Of a stretch of 64,000 nucleotides of DNA, positions 50,360-63,210 are shown piece after piece. The notes beneath the pieces were generated by a model. That model did no database searches, was not told the origin of the DNA, and worked only from the letters and a program-made list of their open reading frames with translations. This DNA comes from Callorhinchus milii (lineage: Eukaryota). The stretch is taken from the NCBI RefSeq assembly GCF_018977255.1, contig NW_024704743.1, forward strand, positions 91,638,001 to 91,702,000. Direction: 5' to 3'. Positions within the stretch are counted from its first letter, which is position 1. Every line of letters begins with the position of its first letter. The position numbers and the translations under genes were made by a program.

Positions 50360-51570
50360 ACTACAACAACAGAATTAGATTTGTAAAGTGTCTTTCACAT
50401 CGGGAGGATGTCCCAAGGTGCTGAACAGTCAGGGATCAGGACCCGAGCTTGGGGGGCGCAGGGTTGGGATGAGGGAGGGCAGAGGGGGTAGGAGGACGGC
50501 TGAAGGCACGGTCAAAAAGGAAGGTCTTGAGTCATGCCTTGAAGGAGGCAAGAGAGGGAGCAAGGCGAAGGGATGGGGGGATGGAGTTCCAAAGAGTGGG
50601 GGCAGAGAAGCTGAAAGCCCAGCCATCGATGGTAGAGCAGGTCGGGTAGGAGACCTGGAGCAAGCCGAATCCTCCTGAGCGGAGGGAGCAAAGAGGTTGA
50701 TAGGAGGTCAGCAGGTCAGAGATGTAGGAGGGGGCAAGGCCGTGGTGCCTTGAAAGTGAGGATGAGGATTTTGAATTCTATCCTCTGAGGGATAGGGAGC
50801 CAGGGGAGCTGGGTGAGGATGGGGGTGATAGGGTCATGGAGCCTGGTGCGGGAGAGGACACGAGCTGCAGAGTTCTGGATGATCTGCAGCTTGTGGAGAG
50901 AAGAGTTGGGGAAGCCGACAAGGAGGGAGTTTCCATAGTCGAGCCTTGAAGTGACGAATGGTTGTATGAGGGTTTAACCGGCCTGAGGGGTGAGGCACTG
51001 GCAGAATCCGGCAATGTTGTGGAGGTGGGGGAAGGCAGAGCGGGTCATGCCACGGATGTGGGGGAGAAAGGACAGTTGAGGGTTGAACAAGATGCCCAGG
51101 TTCCTGACTGGCTTGGTGAGGTGGAGTGTGCAACCGTGGATGCTGATGCTGCCAGTGCCTGAGGTGCTGAGACGCTGGTACGAGCCAATCAGAGGGCCTT
51201 AGTCTTGCTGACATTCAGCTGTAGAAAGTTGGCTTTCATCCAGGACATGATGTCAGACAGACAGTCTGTCAGGACATCAATTGTCCTAGAATCGAGGGTG
51301 GAGGGGACCTAGGACAGAGCCCTGAGGAACATGGCACAAGGCTGTGCGGGGGCTGGAAGAGAAACCGTTGGCGGAGAAAAATTGGAGATGAGAGATAAGA
51401 CCTGAACCATTCAAGAACAGAACCTTGAAAGTTGAGATGAAAGGAGAGGCAGTGGAGGAGGATGGAGGGTCCACGGTATCGAAGGCAGCAGAGAGGTTGA
51501 CGAAGATGAGGAGGCAGAGGGAACACTGGTCACAGGTGGACAAAATAATATTTGTTTCCTTGACCAGAGC
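50360..51570 (-). mobile_element. L2 LINE, RT region to tail, frameshifted with deletions
   Basis: Minus strand CDQCSLCLLIFVNLSAAFDTVD..VPQGSVLGP; tail (caa)n at 50360-50420. Confidence 0.92.
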
Positions 51571-52519
51571 ATTACACTACTAATGTGATTGGGAGAGATT
51601 TGATGTAGAGTATATCATGTGGAGTACAAACACTGGCATTAACTGGTTGGGCTGAATTAACTGTTTCCTTGCTATATAGTCTATGTAAAGCTACGTATTA
51701 CATGATCTATTAAGGGATGGATATGTGAGGAGGTTGATCACCTGAGTGGAACAGATGAGATTTGTTAGCTTCCATCTCTCTTCATTGGAATCAACAGTAA
51801 ATCTCCTTGCTTTCAGAGGGCAAGGTTTTTAGACATTTGACCTATTTTTTAATCCTCGCCTCAGTTAGCAAGCTTTTGACAACCTCAATAATGTTTTGAC
51901 CCATGTTCCTAAACTTTTATTTTTAACCCCCCAATGTGCCTATTTTTATTCCTTTCCATTAAACTTATCAAAAAAAAAGACCTCCGTCTAATGGGAAGTG
52001 TTGCTATCCTCGTGTTGGGGAGAATAATCTGTCACCTGCAATGAACCAAAATAATATTTAAAAGGGAATCGGATAAGCAATTGAAGAGAGATAACATAAA
52101 AGGTAAGAAGCAGGGAATTGGGATTAAAGGTCTAGTTCCAGGGGGAAGACACATAACCAGACCAGTCTTGCTGGGCTAAGTGGCATCCTTCTACATGGTA
52201 ATTTCCATGATTCTATGAACTTTGTAGTGCTGGATCTTATAGAGACAAGAGACTGGGACCTGTCAAAAATAATGCTTTTAGTCAAGGTTCGAGTTCACAC
52301 TTTCAATTATCAACTGGCTCGACTTCAATTTTCAATGATGTGATAACTAGCAACAGTGATAATTTACATGTTACATGTTCTAGTTTTCACTTTCGTGCGA
52401 TTGCAAAATGCTCCGAGATGCTACTCCGTGTGAAGGGCGCTATATAAATGTAAGTTGTTGTATTTAGAATGTTTTTACAGTATGACTTAGAACTATGGAT
52501 ATTGCCACTAACTCACAAC

Positions 52520-52875
52520 AATATATTTTTTGCATTTGATAAAGCATCTTATTATATCATTGAAACATCTCAAAGCACTTCACAGTATTTTAGTGAAAAG
52601 TACAGTGACTGTATTTCTTGTAGATGAATGCAGCAGCCAATCTGTGGATAGTAATGTCCCAGAAATAGCCATGAAGTGAGTGACCAATTTAACTGGGGGC
52701 CTTTTGGTCAGCACATGGAGAGAAAGAACCTTCTCTCTTCGAATGGTGCCACGGGATCTTTAACGTACACCTGAACAGACAGACAAGGCCTTGCTTTAAA
52801 CATTTCAATCTAAGGACAACACCTCCGACATTACAGCACAGCCCCGGCCAGTACTGTACTGGAGTGTCAGCCTAG
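52520..52875 (-). mobile_element. Deu-domain SINE, head lost
   Basis: gtgccacgggatctttaacgtacacctgaacagacagacaaggcc...taaggacaacacctccgacattacagcac...ggagtgtcagcctaga. Confidence 0.8.
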
Positions 52876-53337
52876 AGTGTTGCAGCAATAAACAGTCTCA
52901 CTGTTTATATTAGTGAACTACAGAAGAGGTTTCAGCTGAAAGATAACAACAGTGCACTTACATTACACCTTTTTATAGTAATATAACACATTTTGCTACT
53001 AAGCAGATATATGCAGCAGCAGCTAATGTTTTGTGCAGATAGAAGAACTGGGCTATTATGAATTATTCACTAAAATAGCAAATATTTTATTGTGGACTCA
53101 GAATAAGATTTCCCATTAGAACAGAACAATAAACAATTCTCCACACTGAGTGAATGGTGCACAATAGCCTCTGTTGTTGCTGGTGAACCTCGCTGATAGA
53201 CCATACTGATGTGGAAATTGAAGAGACCTCATCTACATGGTCAAGTGGTAGCAAACCATTTATTCCATTTACTGTATTCACAAGTATTCGCAATTGAATT
53301 GAAATGTAGCAGCCTATCAATTGTATGTGCCATGATC

Positions 53338-53735
53338 ATAATAATAATATTCCTTGCATTTGATACTAATACTAAATATTAATCCTTGCGTTTGATATAG
53401 CGCCTTATCACGTCTTCGAGACGTCTCAAAGCGCTTCACAGAATACACTGTAACGTGAATTAACTGTATATTTTGTGGGCGAAATGTGGCAGTCAATTGC
53501 GCACAGCAGTGTCCCACGAACGGTCGTGGATTGAAGTGACCAATTTTTTTTTTTTGAAGGAATTACCCCCGCCTTCAAATCTGCCAATTGACTACAACCC
53601 AGGTTCCTACCTACTGCTAGGTAAACAGGGGCATGTGGAGTAAGGAAAATTGCCCAACCTTTCGCCCTGCCGAGAATCAAACCCAGGTCTTTCGCTTGCG
53701 AGGCGAGTGCTCTAACCACTGAGCTATAGGACTCC
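53338..53735 (-). mobile_element. tRNA-derived SINE, long variant, full length, with a duplicated tail segment
   Basis: Head ggagtcctatagctcagtggttagagcactcg; atccttgc(a/g)tttgata-like block appears twice (near 53350 and 53382). Confidence 0.9.
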
Positions 53736-56700
53736 ACGTAACAGTGTGAACAGTCTTACAGTGTGATACAGCGCCTTATCACGTTTTCGAGGCGTTTCAC
53801 AGAATATACTGTAAAGTGAATTGAAGACATGATATCAAATGCGAGGATTATTATTATTAGTCAGGGATGGGGTTCACACCTTTATCTATTGACTGGCTTG
53901 ACCACAATATTTAAATGAACAAAAAATCTCAGTGGTTTTGTTTTTTGAAACGCTAATCACCTAATGCTTGTTTAACACCTCATGTTCTCTAATTGTTTAA
54001 ATCTCACTCCTGTGAGTATCATGACACAGTTTTAATAGAGGACATTTAAGATGGTGTTCAACCTTACAGAATCTGAGTTTGTACCACACACGTCCAAGAA
54101 GTTGTGCACAATTATGTGTTTAACGGTAGTTTGCTTGCTCTGCTTACTCTGTTGGGTTCTGATATCCGGAGAGTTAAAGAATGCTCTGTTCACTTCATTT
54201 GAATGCAATTTTTCATCACTACCATTTTGACCTGGTATTATACCTCTGATTGTTAAATCTGAATTCACCCTCTTCTGTTTCCAATTTACCACATCAGTTG
54301 GAGTATATAGCGCATGTTAAGCAATTTTAAGAAAGTCACTGGATATTTCAGCCAACTGTTACCAATTAGTCAATGCAATTACTTACATGCAAACGACCTG
54401 CCTATTTCTCTCATTAGCTACAAGCACATTCTAATTACAAAAGAATTTAAATGTAAGAGCCGTATATTCATTCCACAAGATAGCAAAAGCAGAACAAATC
54501 CCTGTTTAGCCTGCTTCACAAGATTGTGGTAAAACAGCAGTAATGAGCAGGATCAAAAAAAAATTTAAGCAATGTAATGAGACCATAACTTGTTTTCTAG
54601 AAATCACAGGTAATTAAAGTGTCAGTTTAAGAACAAAGTAACAAACCTTTTTCCGATGTGCTAGCTGGGAATCATGTAATTCTCAGTTTAATTTGGATGC
54701 TCTTGAGCATGGGGATGGGTTTCTGCATGGTCAGACACCCAGCTGACCAAAAAAAATCCTCAAAATGTTTTTTTATGGAGGGAGAACTTTTCACTACGGT
54801 TCTTTATTTTAACTCCTCTCTATTGTTGTTCTCCATTGATGAACCCAACAAAGTATATAAAATTGCAGTACGAGGCACCACAACGAGTAATATTCCTAGC
54901 TTCCTAATGCTGAGGCTGCTTGTGAGAGAGCCCTGGTGCTAACCAATCCCACTTTATGCCCCACTACAAGCCTCAAACAAGTGTATCAAGCGGAAAATCT
55001 TTGCCACAGAAATCCCATCTTGATGAAATGGCGAGGCGAGTATGTTAGTGAGAAACACAGTTGCAGTTACAAGAACTTGCATTCAACATAATGCCCTACA
55101 CGCAGAGTAATGTCTTAGAGCACTTTACATAGAAGGTGTTCAGCAATGAGCAAGTGGGCTGAAGGAGGGGAAAGGAGGAAGATGCGGCCAGGTGGATTTT
55201 GTCAATTGTAGTCACGAGGAAGTCTGCAACCTTTTCATATGTGGAGTTGGCGGTGAGGATGGAGGAGGTGGTTACTGTGGCTCACAAATTGGAAGGGTCT
55301 GAGCTTCACCGAACAATACTTAGCAAAAGACATTTGATGCAGAAAGATTGAACTGCAGTTTCAACTAATGCATGGAATAACATGGCAATAGATTGGAACA
55401 TCTTGACTTTCAAGAAACAAGCATTTTGGAGAACTCTGCAAACTAGTGTTTACGTCAATAATCTCTGCAAATAATTCATTTCCTCTTTCAACTAAATTCT
55501 GAATTTTTCTGAAACAGCTGGTGATGAATGCAAATAACGTGCTACTGATTAGGAGGTGGGAATTCAAGCCTTAGGACTATTTGGGGCATGTGCTTGATTC
55601 AAGTAAACAAGCAAAGGTGTAAGAGGAAGCTCAAAGTGCAAATAATCTACTGTGCTTTTTAAAAGGGGAGCAGAAGCCTGTGGTGGGGAGCAGGAATTCT
55701 CTCAATCACCTCCGTTGAATTTGTACCTTTTGTTGGCTGCTCATGGAATGATAAACTGATTATAGAAAAGGTGATTTTACAGACTCCTCACACCCACAGC
55801 AAGAGGTAGAAACATAGAATAAATCTAGTATCTAGAGCATATAAAGAGCCTTTCAATTTCTGTGAAATATCTTTAAGTGCACACATTTACACAGAATTAT
55901 AGCAATTAAATTGTGATTAATACTAATTATAATTTATTTATTATCAATTACTTGAACTAGCTTAAATGTAAAACAATGCAAAAGAACATAAACGTGTGTA
56001 AATTATCTTACCAACTATTAAAACCATTTACAAATTGCTCCATTTGCACATGATCACTGTAACCTCAGACACAGAGGCATATTGACTGCCATAACTTGAG
56101 AACCACAGCACGGACACTTCTATCAATAAACTTTTTGGGGTGGGTTGGGAACAAATATTCAATCCGATATTAGTCCATTTAATTCTCAGAAAGACAAACA
56201 TATCACTTGCAAATGGCCTTCGATAACACAAAATACAATATACTTGTAACCGATAACAACTGTTTTGAATCAGAACATACAATCTACCCAGCAGAGAACA
56301 GGAGAGTCAAGGACAGCAACAAAGTCATCCAGTTCCTCCCAAGTGTTACCAGAAATCCATTCATCATATTACAACTCTTTGCTAAGTGGCTGTGGAATTT
56401 GGTTTCCTTTGTGGTCTCCTTGACCGGTTTCCATATTCCTCACTTGAGCTCCTGGATAATCTAATGTTGATTGGATTGTGTGATGAGACGTAGCTCGAAC
56501 ATTTGCTAATCAGATTGCTCATTCTCACCCACGGTTCCGCTGCCCACTTCTACATTCTCATTTCAAGACGTTGAAATGGCTCATTCAGTGAGTTAAACTG
56601 CCATTGCGGAGCGGACTGCTCTGTGAACAGTTCAATTTTCAGCTCGTGTAATACAATAAAGGCACCAGAAGATTAAAAAATTACTGGTTAATCTGTATAG

Positions 56701-57798
56701 ATACAGGAAAGTAATAGGAATGCTGAAAGTTCCTATTCTGACAGACGCCACACAACATGACATGCATACAGATCAAGCTTGTGCAATCTTAGCAGCAATG
56801 GCATTTAGTCAGTGTCTTTCAGCTGCCTTCATCTTCAGATATAAACACCAGAAAACAGAGAAACAATCTGTGGGACAAACCCATCACCTTTGAATGCATT
56901 GTACATGCAATGCATTTCATGCAGTACTTAATATGTAAATCACAAAATAATTTGATTTTAGGTTAACCCATTGATGAATGTAACATACTATTCTCTCAAT
57001 TAACTTGCGCATTGAATCAAAGCTTGTTTTGCCTTCCAGTTTTTTGTGCAAAGATACACAATGGTTATTATGCAGCTTTTCAATTGAACATTATTCAGAA
57101 AGAACACTGCATCCACCCAACTGCTTGATTGCTCCTACCAGCACTGCAAAATTCAGACTGTCATGGTAACTGAACGTAGCATGGGTTGACAGATAGACTT
57201 ATTTGTGTAGATTGCAGAGATACAACCCTTCATTGACACAATATCTGATGTTTAGTGCATTTGGCTTCTTACTTCGAGCAGTGAAACTATCACATTACTC
57301 GGCACTATGCACTTCATGTGAAACCACAGCAAAATGAAAGTTTGATTTTGACAAAAAGCCCATTTGAGAATTATGCTTTGATTGAGTACATTTTGAAGCC
57401 TTTACCTTATATTTATTTATCTAATAAACAGTACAGCCATGTCCTCAAACTGAGTAAACTCAAGAATCTTGATGATTACCACTTTATTCTCCATGGCTTT
57501 ACTGAACTGGTATGTGAAATAGATCACTGCACTACATATTATTTGAGGAATGGGTTTTGCAATTCGAACAAAGTACATTGACATCCTTCAGTGATTTGCC
57601 CATGATCCCCAAATGCTACACAGTGTAATAATGTTTTTAATAACAAGTCTTGCCTTTTGGGTTTTGTTACGCATTCTTTTTCACTCCAATTCTCTCCCCA
57701 CTGTTGCAAATCTGATTCATCCTCATGTGGATAACAACAGTTTTGAATCAGAACATGCAATCCATCCATTTTACTAACATGTCTTGTCTTTTGGACAG

Positions 57799-57934
57799 AA
57801 GGTTTTGTTGTGCATTCTTTTCCATTCCAATTCTCTCTCCCCTGCTGGATTGTGAATGTAAACCATCCTTCACTATCTTGGCCAAGAAGGAATGATCTTT
57901 CTTCATGCTTCAGCCTAGACAATGAGCATCGTCG
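57799..57934 (+). other. Candidate spliced exon (136 nt), product unknown
   Basis: Consensus branch point TACTAAC at 57772-57778, acceptor gtcttgtcttttggacag|, donor tcg|gtaagc; one frame open. Confidence 0.3.
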
Positions 57935-58342
57935 GTAAGCAAAAATTCATGAAATAAAAATATTTCATGAAACACAAGTATTTCATGTGGATAACATTTA
58001 TCCAAATAGAAATAGGAGTCTATAAATCAGTTAAAAAAGTGATATTACATTAGATATATCTCATTATACAGTATTAAATTCGGAGCTATTACCATCGGGA
58101 GATTAAATAGATTGGACGAAGGCCACAGTCTTTAGAAACAACCAGCTTAACAAAATCAATGTTTTGTTTTCATTCCATGTTTCTTGTGTTAAGAACTAAG
58201 GCCCATTTATATATATCTAATGTTAAATGATCTGGTAGACCAGTGGGACAACACAACAAAAATTAAAATGGAAAACGCCATTTATAATGTTCCCATTGAA
58301 GCATAGCTTCAGTTTGTTTGTTCAAGGCTATTACTTGGATAA

Positions 58343-58716
58343 TGATAATAATAATCCTTGCATTTGATATTGCGCCTTATCATGTCTTTGAGACGTCTCA
58401 AAGCACTTCACAGAATATACGGTAAAGCAAATTGCCTATATTTTGGGCGAAAAGCGGCAGCCAATTGCATGCGCACAGCGGTGTGCCACAAACAGTCATG
58501 GATTGAGTGACCAATTTATTTATTTATTTATTTTAAAGGATTATTACTCCCGGAAAAGCAATCCGCCAATCGACTAACAAGCGGGTTCCTACTTACTGCT
58601 AGGTAAACAGAAGTGTGTGGAGTAACAAAACTTGCCTAAGGTTTCGCCCTGTCCGGGAATCAAACCAGTGTCCTCTCGCTCGCTTAATGGTCCTAACCAC
58701 TAAGCTACAGGACTCC
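58343..58716 (-). mobile_element. tRNA-derived SINE, long variant, full length
   Basis: Head ggagtcctgtagcttagtggttagg; middle ctgtttacctagcagtaagtaggaaccc; (taa)n tail. Confidence 0.9.
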
Positions 58717-59174
58717 GCAAACTGTAACTTAAATCTAATGTTGATTTAAATGATTTTTTTTATTTAAACAAAAGTTTATCTCCTTTTCCACTTGTTTGGA
58801 TACTTTCACCAATTTTATTTCTCTTCCTCTCGTGACTGTCGTGAGTCTTCCATAGCAACTCCTTCAAGTGACCTTTTTTTCCTTACACTGTAGCAGAAGG
58901 GTACTTGATTTGGTGGTTAGATGCTACTCTAGTTAAAGGTGATCTCACCATCTGGCACATAAATGTTCTTGCACTGTTCACTGATCAGGAAAGGGCTGAT
59001 TCTCCTCCCCTTTCTATGTCTGGAACCAAGTGGCTAATTGTAGTTGTGGCAAAGCAGTCCCAGTTTGAGGCAACTAACTTGATATAGGGTAGACTTCAAA
59101 CCTCAGATTATCCTAATTTATACAGCTCAGTACCAATCATACAGAGGATATACTCTCAGAGCCATGAGGAAGCT

Positions 59175-60016
59175 TTAGATGAGGACATTGAATGTAACGT
59201 ATCTAAATTCGCGGATGACACTAAACTAGGTGGGAGAGTAAGCTCTGAGGATGATGCAAAAAGATTGCAACGGGATATAGATAGGCTAGGGGAGTGGGCG
59301 AGTAGGTGGCAGATGGAATTTAATGTGGGGAAGTGTGAAGTTATTCACCTAGGTAGCAAAAATAGAAAAACAGATTATTTTCTAGAGGGGGAGAGATTAA
59401 ATAGTGTTAGTGTTCAGAGGGATTTGGGTGTCCTTGTACACCAGTCTCAAAAAGTTAGTTTGCAGGTGCAGCAAGCAACTAAGAAGGCGAAACGGTATGT
59501 TAGCATTCATTGCAAAAGGTTTAGAGTACAAGAGTAGGGAAGTCTTGCTGCAACTGTATAGGGCCTTGGTGAGACCGCACCTAGAGTATTGTGTGCAGTT
59601 TTGGTCTTCTTATTTAAAAAAGGACATACTTGCCGTAAGAGGGGGTGCAGCGTAGATTCACTAGGTTTGTTCCTGGGGTGAGGGGACTGACCTATGAGGA
59701 TAGGCTGGATAAAGTAGGGCTGTATTCAGAAGAAGAGTACAGAAGAATTAGGGGAGATCTTATTGAAACATATAAGATTCTTAAATGGCTTATGGAATTT
59801 ATGGAATTCACTACCCCAGAAGGCTGTAGATGCTCAGTCCTTGAACATTTTCAAGGTTGAGACTAATAGATTTTTAAAAAAATAGAGGGATTAGGGGATA
59901 TGGGGATAGGGCAGGTAATTAGAGTTAGGTCAGAAGATCAGCCATAATCTTATCGAATGGCGGGGCAGGCTTGAGGGGCTAAATGGCCTACTCCTGCTCC
60001 TAATTCTTATGTTCTT
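59175..60016 (+). mobile_element. CR1 LINE 3' part (RT C-terminus and tail), frameshifted, with an internal deletion near 59790
   Basis: SKFADDTKLGG, QRDIDRLGEWASRWQMEFNVGKCEVIHLG, LYRALVRPHLEYCVQFWS, RGDLIETYKI; tail aatggcctactcctgctcctaattcttatgttct. Confidence 0.95.
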
Positions 60017-60516
60017 TACTTTTCATTATTTAACACCATCTGGTGTGACTATCTGGGCTAATTCTCCAATGCAAACATTGCTACATCTTTCCTAACAATA
60101 GTGGAGGACAAATGAGAAAATGTAAGGCTTTGACTGTTTATATTTAAAGCCACGATATTGCAAATTGAAAGTTAACAAGTTGTTTGAATATGTGATGCTG
60201 TGGCAGTCCTTTAGAAGAAAGGATCCCATGCAACATATTTTCTAGTCAATCAGTTTTAAATTGGGAGAGCGAGCAAGCTGGAATTAATGTAAAGTATAAT
60301 GCAATTGGGGAGGACAAGTTTGCAGGGCTATGGGGAGAGAGCGGGGGATGATTCTATGAACAATGATTCAACTTGGATTCAATTGTATGAGTTGAATTAC
60401 TCTAAACTATTTTTCTTCTGAAACATCAACTTATTCAGGAACACGAAAAAATTATGTTTAGGTTAATGTCTGAACTGAGGCAGATTTAAGTTGGACTTAA
60501 ACTGACAGAGGACATT

Positions 60517-61490
60517 TCATGGAATCATAGCATTATACAGCACAGAAGAAGGACATTAGGCCCATCGTGTCTGTGCCGGCTCTTTGAAAAGAGCTATCCA
60601 ATTCAATCCCACTTCCCTGCGCTCTCCCCATATTCCTGCAAACTTGTCCTCCCCAAATAATTATCTACTTCTCTCTTCAAAGTTGTTATCGAATCAGCTT
60701 CTATCACTCTTTCAGGCAATGCATTCCAGATCCGAACAACTCGCTGTATGAAAAAATTTCTCCTCACCTCCCCTCTGTTTCTTTTAACAACTTTTAAATC
60801 AATGTCCTCAGGTTACCGACCCACCTGCCAGTGGAAATAGTTGCTTTTTGTTCACCCTATTGAATCCCCTCAAAATTTTGAGAACTTCTATTATGTCTCC
60901 TCTTAACCCTCTCTGCTCCAAAGAGAATAATCCTCGCTTCTCTATCCTCTCCTGATAACTGAAGTCCCTCATTCCTGGTACCATCCTGGGAAATCTCCTT
61001 TGCACCCTCTCCAATGCCTTGACATCCTTCCTAAAGTGTGATGTCCAGAACTGAACACAGTCTCCAGCTGAGGACTAGCCAGTGATTTATAAAGGTTCAT
61101 CATAACTTCCCAACTTTTGTATTCTATGCCCTTATTTATAAAGCCTACTATCCTGAATGCTTTTTCAACAGGTTTATCTAGTTGTTCTGCCACCTTCAAA
61201 GATTTACTTATATGAACCCCCAGGTCTCTCTGTTCCTTCACCCCCTTTAAGATTCTGCCATCAGCTTATATTGCCTCTCCTCATTCTTCCTCCCTAAATG
61301 CATCACTTCACATTTCTCCACATTAAATTTCATCTGCCACATGTCTACCCGTTTTACCAGTATCATCTGCAAACTTGGAAATTGTACTCCCTACAGCCAA
61401 GTCCAGGTTATTTATATAGATCAAAAACATCAGTGGTCCCAATACTGACCCCTGGGGGACACCACTACACACTTCCCTCCAGTCAGAAAA
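60517..61490 (-). mobile_element. CR1 LINE 3' part, second subfamily, frameshifted with a deletion
   Basis: EQRDLGVHI, ERVQRRFPRMVPGMRDFSYQER, RGDIIEVLKI; gacccctggggg near 61448 reads PQGS on the minus strand. Confidence 0.93.
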
Positions 61491-61599
61491 ACTTTGGGAA
61501 AATCGGTGGAGAAACAGGGTGCTCGATAGACAAGATGAGTAAATGTAATAACCAGAGAGAAATTAATCACCCATTTTGTGTTTAACACCTATAGATGAG

Positions 61600-61950
61600 A
61601 CTTCAGCCTCACCACGTTGAGATCATTGTAATGGTCATTGTTGATCACAATGTGTGACAGCGGGCTATTCAGCCATGAGGGATCAGCTAACCTGATCCTG
61701 TCCTCAGCCAATGGCCACTTGCCTGTACTTTCCCTCTGGGGTTAGTGCTCTTACCATATTGACATGGTAACCATGTGCGATTTTTCCATCTCCTTAGCCC
61801 TGAAGGCTGAGGCCAATTTGAGAGTTTCTGCTGCCACCCTAAGTGAGATTAGCTAATTTAGTACAAGTGTTGAATCTCACCATGGGACTTTGTTGGTCTG
61901 TTTGATTCAGTTAATTCTGGGCAATGCATTTACCAACTGAACTGTTGGGG
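61600..61950 (-). mobile_element. AmnSINE2-like ancient SINE
   Basis: Minus strand ccccaacagttcagttggtaaatgca...cagaccaacaaagtccca...ttagctaatctca..ggtggcagcag...aattggcctcagc...gggctaaggagatggaaaaatc...gaggacaggatcagg. Confidence 0.7.
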
Positions 61951-62884
61951 GAATGAAGTAAACATCAGCATTAAAGTATGCATAACTTTAAATGCAGGGT
62001 ATGGGGAATATATTAGGCATCATGCCATGAGAAAGCTCAGGGCTGCCCTTGCTGCCCCAGTACAAATTCTCCTGACCTATTCTGCTTTCAGCCAGCAGCA
62101 GAATCAATTTCATGAGACATCTGTCCTTGCAACAGATGCTCTGGCCCACTTGTTCAGGTTACCTAATATGAGGAGAAAAATTAGCTGCTTTCATGTGATG
62201 AATAGAATAATTTTGCAAAAAGGAATTATGGAACTTACTGGTTCCTTTTGCCAAAATATTTCATGAATTGCTGCTTATTCATGACACTGGCCTTTAAAGA
62301 TATCTTTGATTAAGTTCCATCCTTTCCAGTTAATAAGAGGCCCAAACAGCTGTGAATTCCTCTTGAAAATAATAGAAATATGCAAAATCTCTGCATGGCA
62401 AAGGGTACTCAATGAAATTATTCAAACGAGGAATGGATTTCACATTGACGTTCACATTATTTTGTAACAATTTCAGAAAATTAATTTCAGTCATTACATT
62501 TTTCTAACATTCTCATCTCAATTATATTAACAGATTTGTCCGGTAGCATCTTAAATGATTAGGATGGATTTACTGAATTCTTCTTTTTATGTTGTAAATG
62601 TGTCTCTTTACGTACCGGAGCTTAAGTGATCTGATCACCAGGTTTAGACATGTTCCTTGTATAGATAAAGTCAGCTTTACTGATTGTTCCATTTATGCCA
62701 GATCCTAGTCCAGAGGGAATTAGAGAATAATTACTTTCTATTCTATTTCAGTTCTTTGTGTGTTTCTCAGATACACTAAAGAAAGCAAAGTGGGTCATAA
62801 GAAAATAGAGCATCGCAGTCATTGACATGAACACAGAAAGTAGTCAACAAGTAGGAAAAGATGATTTGATGGAATATGGAATAT

Positions 62885-63210
62885 CCACCAATGACCTAAT
62901 AGGTAAAGGACCCACAGAATCCCTGCCTGTGCTGAGTTAGCTAATCGTACCCATGATAGATACTGGGGTTCTACATTTAACCTCAACATTCCTGAATTGT
63001 TTGGGAAATGCAAATTAGCCCTGCTTTTCAATATGGATTGCTAGCCAGCGACCCCAATTGAAAAGTGTGAATCTTGAATAAGGATTGGGCTTGGCTATCC
63101 TTGGCATACCTCTACATTTGATTAGAGTGTTGAAGTTTATACACAAGTACCACATCTGATGTAAATGAAAATGCATACCCAGCACTAGAAAGCGACTTCA
63201 GGAGAGGATT
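62885..63210 (+). mobile_element. AmnSINE2-like ancient SINE, diverged
   Basis: atccctgcctgtgctgagttagctaatc...gattgctagccagcgacccc...gaaaagtg...aggattgggcttggct...cttcaggagagga. Confidence 0.65.

Noticed and set aside
56288..56366. Signal-peptide-like minus-strand ORF MMNGFLVTLGRNWMTLLLSLTLLFSAG
   Set aside because: Weak donor (gtagat), immediate stop if unspliced, and no convincing downstream exon.
60305..60657. Inverted repeat 60305-60342 versus 60619-60657
   Set aside because: Explained by a short plus-strand CR1 tail fragment next to a minus-strand CR1 of the same family.
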